A DNA stretch of 63,803 nt, the filler included, from Sphacelaria rigidula (lineage: Eukaryota), in NCBI GenBank assembly GCA_964200075.2. It is 6 parts of 6 records of this genome, joined end to end, with 100 filler letters (N's around TTAATTAATTAA, not from the genome) between each part and the next. Parts side by side here need not be neighbours in the genome. Positions count along the whole stretch, not along the records: positions 1 to 10,551 come from CAXNAA020006290.1; positions 10,652 to 21,202 come from CAXNAA020006291.1; 4 more parts are not named here. One strand, 5' to 3'. Both the position numbers and the translations under genes were made by a program. Below the pieces are notes generated by a model that was not told the origin of the DNA, ran no database searches, and worked only from the letters and a program-made list of their open reading frames with translations. Positions 1 to 13,056 of the stretch are shown in pieces (position 1 is the stretch's first letter; each line of letters starts with the position of its first letter).

Positions 1-1132
1 TACCGCACGCAGTTCCGTCCCTGATGACTAACATGAGAGAAGATGCGCAAGTTTTCGCCAACAACAAATAAACAAAGCACTACCCAACAACTGTCGTGTA
101 TCTATCCCTGTGCTCAACGCGTGCTCTATGCTGCAGGGTTGCTGTGGTAGTTGAGAATGAGTTGGATGGAGTTTGCATGTTCCTGTGAACGGGTGTTATT
201 TGGCGTGGTGGTCTGTAAGATAAGAATCAAGTGCCGCTTCGTGCCTTTCGACTGCATGTTTTCGATCGAAAAAAATGCTTTTTCAGTCGTTGTATTCTTC
301 TCCGCGCGCCGCTAATTAAAATTTTGAGTTGAAGACTTCGAGAAACATGAATGCGGTGGACCTATCAGACAGGCGAAAAAAATCCGACCGCACTTATTCG
401 ATCGAAGAAGAAAATGCTCAGACACGCCCTTAGACTTAATCTGTATAATCTGGACGAATCGCCCCTATATCCAGAGATATCCGGAGGGATATCGGATGCG
501 ATCTCGGATACGCATAGGATAGTCCAAATATCCGGATATGATCTTTCTTATGCGATAATTTTTTACCCAACATATCTATTTTCTATTGGGGCCATTTTCA
601 GACCCAACATCGAACTTTAGTTGCCAGCATAGCTTAACACTGTAGTGTTGTTGTGGAGCACTAAGCAGAGATATCAGCAGTTTAGTGGAAAGCAATCATA
701 CGCTTACTGTTTATTGCAGTTGTATCCAGCGAAGACACAGCACACATACTGACTCTGCACGTAGTAGGCTGCAGAGTCAAAACTGGTCAGGGGTTCTCCG
801 GGACTATTTCTAAGCAGAGTCCAAACATCCGCATGTTCATGGAAAAGGCGTTTTGTGTCGCGAGAAAAGAACTCTTCTGAACCCCAAATGTGGCATAGTC
901 CAACTCAGTCCACTTGCGGGGGGCCGATGTCTAAGGATTCACGGGAGGGGGTTTCTGGTTTTTTCGACTTTTCCGAAAAATTGGTATCTTTTTCTGAGTT
1001 CTTCCAAGAAAAATTTCCGACGCTAGATTTTATGGAGAAATCTGTAGTCAGGCGGGCTTTCATTGATGAGGGTTATCCCTTTTCCACAAATCACTTCTGG
1101 AAAAGTGATTGCTCCTACAATGACCAGTTTAA

Positions 1133-1230
1133 CCCTTAGACCGCGAGGTTAGTCTTCTGTTGAATCGGCATCAATTTCAAGTGAAAAAAAGTATGCATGA
1201 TCCAGAAAGACTAATTTCGCGGTCTAAGGG
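1133..1230. mobile_element. 98-bp piggyBac-type MITE
   Basis: TTAA at 1129-1132 and 1231-1234 flanks inverted termini CCCTTAGACCGCGA...TCGCGGTCTAAGGG, with imperfect pairing to about 27 bp. TTAA TSD plus CCC/GGG ends is the piggyBac signature. Confidence 0.85.
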
Positions 1231-3617
1231 TTAAGTCTCATCGAGATGCAGTTTTTGCCCGGATCGAAGCCCAGATATGCACACAGATTCAGAATCTCGG
1301 CGGTTTTGTAGGTGGTCGTTAGTCCAATCTCTGTACTGCTGTAGACAAGACGCAATAAGGCAACACAACAGCTACACACCGAGCCCCGAAAAAACCCGCA
1401 CAGACACCCGTCACTTACGCGCACCAGCTCTAGCGCTACTAGCCTGCGTTCGCAATTTTTGAAAAAAAAAAAAAAGACGGACCGTTCGAAAAACAATAGC
1501 CTCGTCAATGATGGCCCCTTACTGCACTGTATCCTTTTCATCTCCTTCAGTTTCCACAGTAATTCCGTTGGCGACTGCCGTTGTAGTCGTGGGTTGTGGG
1601 TATGCCACCATGACTTTATGGTTCGTTGTTCTGCAGTTGGCGTTGGCAGAGCTCAAATAGACCGATTTGAGCGAGAACACCCGACTCGCACTCCACAGAA
1701 GATGATGACGATACTTATTGAGAGGTGCACGAGTAGAGCACGCCTCAGCAAATGTTTTTCCCCTCGCGGGGGATCCCGAAAAGAACACACCGGGGACAGG
1801 TTGAGCGGGACGATACGCCGGAACACCTTGGACGATATCAACTGCTGTGTAGACCACCATAAAGATATGAGCACGTCGATAAATAGCCAAAACAATTCAA
1901 GAGCCTGTAGAATGGTTTGCATTGCTTATAGCTATCGATTGGACAAAGAATTTTTGGCAGAGCGCCAGACCGATAACGTTTTTGGAGGGCCGAAAAGGGA
2001 TACCCTTTGAGAGCGATTTCTGTCCGACCTCCAGGGCTGTATTGGATGAGAAAACCCCACTTTCACGACTCCGCAAGCGGTTACCTTTGTACAATGCTCT
2101 CAAAGATTATGCCGCACCCCAGCGAAGCTTGTGATCACGCCTATTCCCGTTGTGTGGAAGCTAAAGGTATATTTCAGAAATCTGACCGGGAAAAGATACC
2201 CGGGGATGTTATTTATCGTGTGTGTGGATCATTTTTCTTGGGGCTCACTTACCGCGCAATTTTGGGGCCGATACAGAACAGTTCCCCCGCATTACTCAAT
2301 AAATATACAGGGATATCTGCGGCGATCGTATAAGACTTGACACTCGGATCCAACTCCCCGTTTCGCGGGTGATTGTTTGAGGGGTGTAGCTCCTGCGGTT
2401 GAGATATGGAAGAAGCTTTGCGACTTGTTCGGCCTGATCGGGAAGAAGATGCCCACCAATCAATTTTTGTGGTTGCTGCAGACGCTCGGTGCCCCAAAAG
2501 CCCGTTCAAGTGAAAATCAGGATCATAACGGACTGTCTGCACCACTGTCTGTACAGCACGGTGCATGTGCCGTCTGTAGTACTGTTGGTATCACTTCCAC
2601 GACCGGTTCGACCCCCCCGCCCCGCGGAGATTGCGGGTTGCCCCGCGCCGTCACCCCCGCTTCGATAATAACTATAAATGAGCATCTANNNNNNNNNNGC
2701 CGTCTTTAGTACTGTTGGTATCACTTCCCCGCCCGGTTCCCCCCCCCCCCCCCCACAATCAGTCCCAGCGCCCGCTGCAAACACGCCCCCCTCATTTTTA
2801 TTCAAGCATATGCCACAAAAGAGTTTTATGTATCCGACACATCCAAAGAGAGCTTGGAAATCGCAGATCGAGCAGATCTACACCTCAACGGTGATCTGAC
2901 TAATGTCAGAGGTACAGACACCTCCGGACATGCGTTGTAATTGGTACCGAAAATACACTCTGCCTCTATCCCTCCACGGTGACGTATATGACAAAAAAAA
3001 TATGCTAGTTCCCCTATGTATTTTCACCTGCATTTATTTCATGGATACCAGCGATGCCTACTCGGCATGCCATAATCAGCTCACGCACAACAACATGAAA
3101 CAAACCGCCCAAGATTCCTTGTTGTGGACATCGAGATCTGATTTGTCCATATTGGGTGTGCTCGAGCTGGAGGCAATCGTGAGGTCATTACTTTCAAGAA
3201 AAAATAGGACGCTGCGTCGACTGTGCTTCCCTCTTGTGGTTCTTCCGCAACAATGGCTCTGTGGATCATGACGCGCCTGATCCGCTGATATCAGGGGACC
3301 TTCTCGAAAGGGATAAGTTGGTCAATGGGCAGCTAGCCGTTCGCTGTGCGTGGTTGACGGAATATACGGCTCACAAATCATTCGGTCGTACGAAAGCCAG
3401 TGCTTTTAGTCAGCACTTTGTGCTCAGCCGTCACCCGATGGTCCTCGAAGTCAGCTGGTGACGAACAAAAACGACTGAAGTCTCCGATCTAGCGGAGCCC
3501 TCGACGGAACGCTGTTTTCCCGACAGCGAGCGCGAGGCGACGCAATACCATAGATCTTCGCACCAGCTGTGATGTGCACAGATAACAACCAACGGTACCC
3601 CAATGTACCACATCTAC

Positions 3618-3623
<6 letters not shown>

Positions 3624-3651
<28 letters not shown>
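3624..3651. repeat. (AT)14 microsatellite
   Basis: Direct read of the sequence. Confidence 0.95.
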
Positions 3652-3654
<3 letters not shown>

Positions 3655-5350
3655 CGCTACAAGGGGGACATCAGCGCTCAGTATTTTTTTGGCAAAGTTT
3701 TACCACCGCCGATGCTGCGTGCTACCTGGGGTGAGAATGCCAGCAACATGCGTATAGCGGACCGCAGTCAAGGGCGCACACACCCAACCGGTGCATGCAT
3801 GTCCACGGGCAGTGCCATTGTATCTGTATGTAGTATCTGAACCGGTACCAAAGATGTCATTCAAAGATGCCGCGTATCTGCCTGCCACTTGGATCGTGAT
3901 GGAAATCCACGAGATGACAATCGTGCCTGCAATATACGGTACACTTGTCATTTCTCAAATCTAGCAAATGATGGGGCTCCTTTTGGAAATTGATCGTTTG
4001 CGCGAGAGCGGTTTCGCTAGACCTCCGCTGTTTATTTCGAGCGCCATTTTGCTGAACGTCATCTCACATCAGTGCATGTGCACTTGCGTGGCACTTGGAG
4101 GCGACCGCTTGTTCCTATCGAAAGTCGGCATCACAGATCCAGTCAGCGTGGTGATACATATGCAGTCAAGGTACAGCCCAAAGTTGGGAAGTTGAATGTG
4201 CTTTAGAGTAAATAACTTTGGACTGTGGATGCTCTTGTATTTAATTTGCTCTATTGACAAGATGCGTTCGCAGCCCTGCGATGTAAGTATTTATCAGCCA
4301 GTGTTTCCGCTTTGTTGACGTTGGGTACGTCTATCTTGTGGATAATGATCAGGGCTGGGTGGGTCCCTCGGGATTCCTTAGCGTGTCACATTAAAGGAAT
4401 CAACCGATGACGCCTGGATCATGCAAATATCTTTGCAGTGAAACGTCCTTTATGTCGAGGTTCATGGTGCTCTCTTGCTGTCGACTAGGACACACCATGA
4501 TTCGAGAACTCATCATCGTGTACCCCCAATGTTCAGATGCCAACTGACGCTACCAACCATTTTTTTCGGTGTTGAAAAGTTGGAGATCTAGCATGTTGCT
4601 ACCTGGTAGTCATCAAACAGATGTTAGTGTCCACATCGTGCGGGACCACCATGAGCTGATTTCACCCGACAAAACAAACAAAAAATGAAGATCCCTCGAA
4701 CTTCGGATATCATTTTTTTTTTTTTTGGCATTCGGTGCAATGGGGTCCGGAACGACGAGCTCACAAATAGCATTTCATTATACGAAAAATGGAAGATTGG
4801 CAGATGAACATGAAGCAAATGTATGCGCAAAGAAGTCGACGATTGGCAGATGAACATCGTGTGTGTGTGTGTGGCGGTGGAGGGAACCAAGACCGGTGAT
4901 AAGTTGCAGTCTCACTCGTCACATACGACGTATCAGCCTGTACCGTCCCCCAAACGCTATCAGCACTTTGATATTTATCTAATGCACAAGTTTCGGTTGT
5001 TTATGTAGTCACTTGTTGCTCATTAAACGGTGCAGTTCGGCCTGACAATAGAGTAAGTCACGTGCACATACCTGAGCCGAAAACGCGGGATATTCGTCAT
5101 TTTTTGCAAAAAAAAATACCGAGGCGTCAACGGGTGTACACATATGCGGAGATGAAAACATGTGAATGGTCACACGAAACACTGTGCATCCTGTGCGCAC
5201 GTGAGCAGAGTCCACATGGGGGGGAAAGTCGTCAAACCTCATCTCGGTAATTAGTGCATGCATGTAAATAGCGGCGAAATCCGTAGATATTCCACGGGAA
5301 CAAGCCAAGAATTGAAAACTAGAATCTCCCTTGCCATACGAAAAATACAG

Positions 5351-7558
5351 ATGTGGAGAGCGGCAAGCTACTGCCAGAGTCCGGCATTGGACACGATAGC
5401 AACCGAGCATCGATGGGAGCAACAAGCGGGGGTGGGGGGGCGAGAGCTGGTGCAGGAGGTCCTGGAACATGGCCCAGTCAAGTATCCATGTGCGGGCTGT
5501 TCTCCATAGAGTTTTATCGACCTTACTTTGATGTCGATACGTGTCAGGTCAAGCGCCGGCTGCTGCAAGCAGTTTGGCCCCGGCAGTCAGGCACGCCGTT
5601 TCTCAGTGACGAGGAAGATCCGTCCGGTCTTCCGGACTTATACGGGCCTGTATGGGTGAGAGCTTTGCCCCGATGTATGTTTTAGCGCGTGCACATTGGT
5701 GTGTAGTGGCATGATTTTGCATTATTCCGCGCTGGTCTCCTCCGCTCATATATCTTCAAGACAGTGTTGTTGTTGTTTTGTTGTCTTCACATTCAAAATC
5801 GTTCCGATATCTGCGCAGTACTCTGTACTGGGCATCTGATGCGGACGCCTTCCCCAGTGGTCACAGGCTGACTACGCCGGAATTTGGTCAAGGAAAATCA
5901 AGACATTAAACACCGTTTTTGATGATTTCCACAAGAACTGATGGAAAGAAGAGCGCTCCAGAACAGTTCTGTACACCTGTACACCAATGTGAAAACGCCT
6001 TCTACTGTAGTGTACTATAGACAGGTCCGTACCATCTTTACACGTCCAAATTTCATGGACTTTTTTCGTGTGATATTTTTGTTTGTTTGTGCGACTGTCA
6101 CTTATCAGGTATCTGCCACTCTAGTGTTCGAGCTTGCGGTGGTGGCAAACGCGTCGCGCCAGGCGGGGGCGAGCGAGTTTGATGACGTTTTCAGGAGCGT
6201 GTACTTCGTGCTTTTCTATCTTCTCGTCGGTGCTTTGGGACTTTGGGTCTTCTTCAAGATGCATGACGCAGCGCTCTCTGCGCCCGAGGTGTGTCGAAAC
6301 TTGAACCGTGAATTAGTCAGTATAGATATGTGTATATATTTCACATCCCCGTGATGTGTCGTCGTTTGCTTTGCAACAGGCGTCGAAAGGGCGCGCGCGC
6401 GGGGGGGGAGGCGGGGGAGGGGGGGTAGCATGTGTCGATTTCGAAATATTTTCCGCCGCCCACGAATGAAGATTATTTTCCATTTTTGTCTCTACTAGGA
6501 AGATATGGCGGGCCCAATTCACTATTTAGGTGCCTAGTCGAAATGACGTTCAATTGAAATGATCGAGATACGATGGCCTCAAGTGAGTGGGATAGCCCAC
6601 TGTAAATCAGGAGAAGCCTACTGACGGCAAATCAAGCGGAGGAAGGATCAAACTGCTTCTTGTGACAAACAAAGCTAGAAATCTGGGAAACCGCCAGTTT
6701 GGACCTTCTGCGTCGTTTTACCCCCTCAAAGAGAGCTAGGTGGATGTTTTTGACACCTTGGAATGCCTTGCTCTACTCGTTGGGACGGTTCTAGCACAAC
6801 TGTGCATTTTTGCGATGGCCGCTGTTTTTTTCTTGGCGAAACTTGCGTTTTTCTTGATTTTTTTATGGAGTCGACCGGTCTCCGAGAAAAAATGAGCGGT
6901 CTCCGAAAACAAATGCAAATTCGGTCAAGAAAAACGGTTTTGTACAATGTGTTCGTTTGTCTTCTCTTCTCTTTTTTTTTCCTAGCCTACTCTGTTTGAC
7001 ACTTTCGGCTTATTTCTTCACTTTTTTTCAGCGAGTATTTCACTCTTGTCATCATGTCCGATGCGTCTGTCATGTGACCACGGCTGGATCCCTTGAGGAT
7101 CAGTTAAAGTGCGCCAATCAATCAATCAATGGGAGAAACGAAATGAACGCCCAAATGTTGGAGGTGCCAGGAGTAGGAATGGTATTCCGTTTAAAAAGGG
7201 ATACGTGATCAGTGGTCGAATGACTGAGACAAGCAAAAAGTGAGTACGCCCCCCCCCCACCCCCACCCCGTCCCCGCGCGCGCTGCATCTGTTTTTGCCC
7301 ATCTGCAATTCCTGACAGGCAATCAGTGTGTACGGGTACTCTCTCACGTCTTTCGTGGTGACCGCTCCGCTCTGTCTCATCGGCTACTTGATTCGATGGT
7401 TGTCGCTGGGTGCAGCCAGTGCTTGCGCGGCACTGTTCGTCTTCCGCAGCTCTTGGCCTCGGTTGAAAGACAAGACCCCAGATAAATCCACCATGGTTTT
7501 CGTGGGAGCTGTGGTTGTGTACCACTTCTTGTGGTTCGTGTTCATTGCATTGTCTTGA
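5351..7558 (+). CDS. Yip1-domain Golgi membrane protein (YIPF1/YIPF2-like), 5' exon(s) unresolved
   Basis: Exons 5351-5655, 6109-6288 and 7319-7558 with GT-AG introns in matching phase. Motifs FYRPYFDVDT, PDLYGPVW|VSATLVF and AISVYGYSL plus several hydrophobic helices; stop TGA at 7556-7558. Confidence 0.88.
6725..6950 (+). repeat. dispersed repeat (second copy at about 24385-24620), probable DNA-transposon end
   Basis: Shares CCCT(C/A)AAAGAGAGC...TTTGACACCTTGGAATGCCTTGCTCTACT and GCGGTCTCCGA with the scaffold-3 copy; both start just after TA. Confidence 0.6.
6990..7130 (+). mobile_element. 3' end of (AATC)n-tailed non-LTR retroelement
   Basis: GTGACCACGGCTGGATCC...CAGTTAAAGTGCGCC followed by (AATC)n. 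The same terminus recurs at about 12000, 24900, 45710, 47600 and 60091. Confidence 0.75.
7132..7262 (+). mobile_element. diverged 3' end of poly(C)-tailed LINE, family 1
   Basis: Aligns with the reverse complement of 33192-33320 (GGAGGT..AGGAGTAGGAA..AAAGGGAT.CGTG..GAGTACG) and ends in a C tract. Lies in a YIPF intron. Confidence 0.7.
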
Positions 7559-9313
7559 TGGTGTGTTGCATGTCGGAAGAGGGGAAGCCCACGGCGTTCA
7601 AAGATCTCAGCATTCTTGATATGTGCGCAGATTTTGTTGGTGACCGAGCACGAGAGTGATAAGCTGTCTTTTTTCGCAGTCGTGAACGGTTGTGCGGTTT
7701 TATGTATATGGACGTATTCCCCCGGGGGGGAAGGAGGGTTCGTGTGGTTCTAGTCGTGTACGGTTTTGCGTGTGCTGTTGGACCGACTGATTTCGCGAAA
7801 TGTGTTGCTTTCATCCTACGTCGATCGCTTCCAAATTCGTGTCTGCATTGCTTGTATTTCCAAGTTTCGTTGTTTTGGCTAAGCCATCCAGTGTTGCTGC
7901 TAAATTGTGAGGGTGGGTAAGACTGGAACAGAGGATGTTTAAAGGGGGGCCGACCGGCCGAATGCCCTCCGGCTTTTGCGTGTAGATGTTGGTGTCGCCA
8001 ATGCTGTTGTGTGTAGTGTTCCTCTGTGCTTCCAGGAACTGTTGGTGTGTTCTCGGTCACCATGCGATGGAATGAGCGCATATAAGTGCTTTTTCGAGAG
8101 ATGGAAGCTTATGGTGACTGCATTTTCGAGTCTGCTTGGTGGTAGTGTTTTCTACGCAGATCGCGATGCTGTGGAGTAAATGGGGGTTCCCAACGTCGAT
8201 TTCATGATTTTGGATGATGTATTTCGAGGATCAGGTTACCCACCGATCATCCAATAAACACGAAGTCATTACATGACTTGTCCAATTTCGATGCATTTTT
8301 CGGTCACATGCGGTACGAATGGTTCGCACCGTTCGCTCAAATGCGTCCTTTTACTTCGCTTTTACCGCAGTGCTCGCTTGTTGGTTGGGTACACGGTGAA
8401 GTCCCCATGTACAGATCGATAGTACAGGTGGATTTGTGCGTTCCACCACGACGTGGTGTACATTCTTTTCGGTCTCAATTTCGCTGTGGTGAATGGACCT
8501 AGTGATCACTTATTGCGGCCAGAGAAGAGAAGCTATACCCTGCGGAGGAAGGTCCGTACCGCACGACGCACGCCTCTGTTGGGCGTCTGGATAGGAAGTT
8601 AACTATTTCATGTAATGTGTATTTCGAATTTTTCAAAATTTTAGCGGTATGTATTCTCATCAGCACATGTGCGTCCCTCATCTGATTCTCGCTGAGGACG
8701 TCACGGACATCCCGCACCCAGTGACAACCTGGTGGTATCCCTGCTGGGTTTTGTATGGCTGAGGAATCAACACTGGAAACAAGTAGTCCATGTACATTTC
8801 CCGATGAGTCACGTGTGCCGACGCGAACCTTCGCTCATTTCAGCATGCGAACGATAGATAGCTTGTGCAGTGGATGTAAATATTCCTCCAGCTTCTTTGC
8901 AGTCGAAGGGATGGAACGGGGTCGTCGAAGCGTGATGCGTGACTTGTCGGTCGTGTGTGAGACACTCCGTTTTGAAGTACATGTGTGTTCGGCCTCAAGG
9001 TGCGCCAATAGATACATGAATGCATCGCTGAGCAGTAACACACACGAGAAACAATGAACAAACGCGTTCGGGGAGGTTGTATGGAGGCGTCGGCGATGGA
9101 ACATGAAAAACCGAACGATCTACTTCAAAAATTAGATGATGACAAACAAATCGTTCACGTCAAAAATTAAATTTTACGACAAGGAAGGGGGTAGGGGTCT
9201 CGATATTCTTGTGCAGCTCGACCCCGTCCACCTGTGGGAGCTGACGAAGCTCGGCGCGATACTTTCATTTGCTCTACTTATCACATGCCGTACTACCCCT
9301 AGAGCACATCAGT

Positions 9314-9388
9314 ATGGGAATCACCGGACTACTCCCGCTTCTCAAGCCGGTGACAAAAGATACCCATGTCAGGGAACTCAAGGGCCTG
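9314..9388 (+). CDS. EXO1: first exon of exonuclease 1-like (XPG/Rad2 family) nuclease; remainder not found in this scaffold
   Basis: MGITGLLPLLKPVTKDTHVRELKGL followed by a GTGAGT donor. Matches the XPG-N start MGIxGLLxxLK...H(V/I)xxxxG typical of EXO1. Confidence 0.7.
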
Positions 9389-10399
9389 GTGAGTGTGATA
9401 AAAGGAAGACCCCTTTATTCTGTACTGTTGCCTTGCCATGAACGCTCCTGCTGGGATAGGGATCGCAACGGCGCTGTGGCTTTGTCATGGGTGCACGCAA
9501 CCAGATTGCAGGTCTGTATGTACGTGATCTGCCTAGGTTCTGTCGTATATATTCGTCTTTCGACGTTATGCTAGTCAGCGCGGGCTTCGATTGGAGGCGA
9601 CGTGTGCAGTACGATGTTGCTGTATGATGGATGAAAGACACATCGAAACGACAACAGGGTGCTGTGTGTCCGGGGAGCAGGAGCCTTCGGGGGGAAGCTC
9701 GAAACCCGGGTGGTGCACCCATCTTTTTGTCCATTTGGCAAGCGGGGTCTTTTCATGCTTTGCTCGTTTTCTTTCACGCACCGCAGAGGCTTGCATAGAA
9801 AGAATGCGACCGCGTTTTCGATCCTCCATTTCCCTTCGAAACTGCTGCAAGTCATAGGTAACTGGGTATAACACCCCCTTGATGAAAGTTGTCCGACTCG
9901 ACCTCCTGGACACCTGCGGCGGCCACGCGGGAAGCGAGATATTCCGACGATACGTCCTTGCGGTACCTACAGTACAACGCAGCAGTATCAGTATATCACG
10001 TCCCGCTACAAAGCGAAGGAAACTCTGCATAATCCATTCAAGTCTCATCACCTGTTCGCGTCGACACACCCAAGATATGACGTCGCATGCACATTGAGCA
10101 GAAGGCCCCGGGTTCGCATCCCGGCCTCAATCAACACGGCAAACACAAATAAATCCCTGGAAGTTGAGCGTGTACCAAGGAGGTCGTCAAATTTTCCGAG
10201 CCTCCTCAAAACTGGCCAGTGACAAGCAAGCAGCGATGAAAAACTCGCGGGAAAGTCTTGTGCGGAGATCGTTGGCTTGGCAACCTAGCACGGGCAAGAG
10301 ACATGCGAAAAAGGATCCACATAATCTTATTGCTAGCCGGCAAGAAAGGTCACCTCTACTTCTAGAGCCTGCTGCCATCAAAGACGCACGACGAGGCTC

Positions 10400-10551
10400 A
10401 AGGGGGAGGGGGGGGGGGAGGGGGGCACTCATGATCATGCATGCCATAGTCGTCTGACCGTTGACCTCGCATCCCTACAAAGCCAGGGCGGAGCACGCCG
10501 GGTTTTCGCCGGCCCAGGCTCGCACTTAATCGCCAAGCGCGAAGCGCCGTG
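10400..10551 (-). mobile_element. 3' end of poly(C)-tailed LINE, family 2
   Basis: Reverse complement reads TTTGTAGGGATGCGAGGTCAACGGTCAGACGACTATGGCATGCATGATCATGAGTG then a C tract. Other copies at 13575-13612, 21303-21375, 33648-33750 and 43880-44035. Confidence 0.75.
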
Positions 10552-10651
10552 NNNNNNNNNNNNNNNNNNNNNNNNNNNNNNNNNNNNNNNNNNNNTTAAT
10601 TAATTAANNNNNNNNNNNNNNNNNNNNNNNNNNNNNNNNNNNNNNNNNNNN
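10552..10651. other. artificial scaffold linker N44-TTAATTAATTAA-N44
   Basis: 100-nt spacer with stops in all six frames. Confidence 0.99.
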
Positions 10652-10731
10652 TGCTCCGTCTCGAAAGGGATGCGTGGTCAATGGTCAAACGACTAAGGCA
10701 AGCAACAAATGAGTACGCTCCCTCCCCCCCT
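10652..10731 (+). mobile_element. 3' end of poly(C)-tailed LINE, family 1
   Basis: TGCTCCGTCTCGAAAGGGATGCGTGGTCAATGGTCAAACGACTAAGGCAAGCAACAAATGAGTACG followed by a C-rich tail. Confidence 0.8.
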
Positions 10732-10946
10732 ATCGTAGGATGACCCCTGGGCACGTAGATGCGTGTTCTGCGCTATAGTTGATGTGTTACGTGTGAGGAC
10801 AAAAATGGAAATTGTTCTTTGCGGATTTCATTCTCAACGGATTCGCGGCCTACCCCACCTGCAAAAAGGCTGCGCCACCGAAGGGTCGCGCCCCATGGAA
10901 TTACAGGTGGGAAATAATATGTTATTTTTATTTATATCATATAACA

Positions 10947-11240
10947 GAAGGTGGGGAAGATGTATGTATGATTCACGCTGCATAAAATGAAAAGTGGGAA
11001 AGATGTCGAATGGAAATTGGACACCACGTATGCTTGATTCACCTTGTATGAATAGATGGTGGGAAACATCTACACATGATTCATGCTGCTTGAACGGAAA
11101 TTGGGAACCATGTACGCGTGATTCATCTCGTATGAATGGAAGGTGGAGAATGTGTGCCTACGGTTCATGCAGAATGAATGAAAATTGGGAAACATATTCC
11201 CATCATTCCCACCATGCGAATGGAAGGTAGGAAGCATGCA
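10947..11240. repeat. degenerate 42-bp tandem repeat (about 6-7 units)
   Basis: Units such as GGAAATTGGGAACCATGTACGCGTGATTCATCTCGTATGAAT; 14-aa periodicity in ORF 10994-11230. Confidence 0.75.
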
Positions 11241-11779
11241 CCTTCCACGGTGTACCGCACGAATCACGAACTGGGGATGTGTGCCCTCCAAGTAGTGCCG
11301 TGCGAACCACGAGCCCAAAACATGTACAAATCAAAACTTGTGTACGAATCGTATGATTGATTCGTCCAAACCATGCTGTTGTACCCTGCATCTGGAAAGC
11401 CATGTAGGGGGAGCAAAAATGCACAACACAAAGGTATAGGACGCTACGTATTCACCCGCCGTCGGCATTCCCTCCGCCCCATCTCGCCTCAATGATGTTC
11501 CTTTGGTACTACACTCAAAACTGTTGGCTTGCGGAATCGGGGTGACCGATAGCCCAAACAGTGTCCCAACAACCACTGCCGATTACATCTCTCTTTGCTT
11601 CGTACGCCATTGCCGATTCCTGTGTCATCGCATAATTACTTGCCTTATTCAATACAGGACCAGGTGGGGGACGCTTTGAGCATGTTTGTCGAGACAGCAG
11701 ACCGTTCGGGTCGTGGCAGTGAACAGGCACCAGCCGATAGTTATCCTGCGTCACTCTGCCGGTCCAGAATTTCGGTGGC

Positions 11780-12050
11780 CATCTCTTTTCTTCTCTTCTA
11801 CTTCTTCTCCGTCCCTCTCCTTTCCTTCGATGTTTTTTTTTTCTGGTTTTCTATGCACTTCAATCCCTTGTTTGTTCTCTCTCGCTCTTTTTCTCTCTCT
11901 CTACATACATATATCCACTTTCTTCTACGACTGCTAGTGTTTCTGTTTTGTGTAACTTGGGTACATGTACCTTGTGAGCACGGCTGCGTCCCTCGGGGAT
12001 CAGTTAATGTGCTACAATCAACCAATCAATCGATCAACCAATCAATCCTT
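11780..12050 (+). mobile_element. 3' end of (AATC)n-tailed retroelement with pyrimidine-rich 3' UTR
   Basis: T/C-rich tract, then GTGAGCACGGCTG..GGGGATCAGTTAATGTGCTAC and an (AATC)-like tail. Confidence 0.7.
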
Positions 12051-13056
12051 AGAACGGCGGATGTCGTCACAGTATACCACTTCCAACACCTTTGTTTCTG
12101 TAGCTGGGCTCTCTATGGCCGTTATTCGAGGTCGCTGCTGACAGTGTCATGGAATAGGCTGTGAAGGGCACAGCGAAAAAAAACCACGAGCGATTCCTCC
12201 TTGTACTTGACGAGGGATGCCGTGAAAATTATGAGCACATCGTAGAATTTGATCTATTCGACCACTCTAACTTTAATTGAAAAGTTACATCCACACACAT
12301 GAGAAGGAGGTTCTGAACCGAGCGTGCATAGGAGAAAATCTCGCGACCAACAAAAGACAACACGCGACGGGGTTCATTGCTTACACCATCGCAGCTGCAT
12401 TGCGCGCGATAAACGAGTATAATACAGTGACTGCACTCACTACACCGCCGACAGAGAGGGCAAAGTATGTCCCCATGAGCGACATGGTTAGACTAGCATG
12501 TCTTATGGTGGGCAGTATTGCCCGTGCTGAAACCTGCTGCTCACCCCCAGCCGTGTCTCAAGAAACACGAGCATGCACCAGTTGTTCATGTGATGCGACT
12601 GCATGATTACAGATGAGTATATATGTGATGCACAACAAAACTTGTGGAGAGGAAGAGGGGCGCACAAAGTGCAAGCGAGCCGTGCATATCAAAGCCACAC
12701 GGCACCCCAAGTTAGCTCTGCACTATCTCTTGCAGTGTGTTCATCGGTGTGGTTTGCAGCTGTTGTGGGCGTGTAGAACACTACAGTACCTGTCTCCATT
12801 ATCTGCGGGCGATTCGCGGTTGTTGCGGAATAGATGTATGACGTCCCCTTATTGACACGCCATCCTAATTTCTATCTCTGTGTTTGGCTCGTTTCATTGT
12901 TTTGGTGAACCGGGCCGCCCCTCCGTTGGCTCAGTTGGTAGCCTCGAAACCTCCAATCTATTTTCAGGGTTATGAGAAAGACCGAAAGTTTTATCTGATC
13001 TATTGGATTCGGATCTCGGTGAAGTCATGACATCTGGGAGTTTTTTCTCACATCAT

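Noticed and set aside
2568-2760. Direct repeat GCCGTCT.TAGTACTGTTGGTATCACTTCC on both sides of a 10-N gap
   Set aside because: Looks like an unmerged overlap with low-quality sequence after a C tract, so an assembly artefact.
3080-3951. Possible minus-strand exons divergent from YIPF
   Set aside because: Splice sites can be drawn, but no consistent long frame or recognisable motif results.
4262-4282. Possible 21-nt upstream micro-exon of YIPF (AG...GTAAGT)
   Set aside because: Phase-compatible, but no start exon could be linked to it; left out of the model.
10095-10135. tRNA T-arm-like GGGTTCGCATCCCGG (and D-arm-like TGGCTCAGTTGGTAG at about 12927)
   Set aside because: Only half-tRNA motifs with no cloverleaf; probably SINE debris, not tRNA genes.
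10596-10607. TTAATTAATTAA repeated about every 10.65 kb
   Set aside because: Artificial concatenation linker, not biological periodicity.
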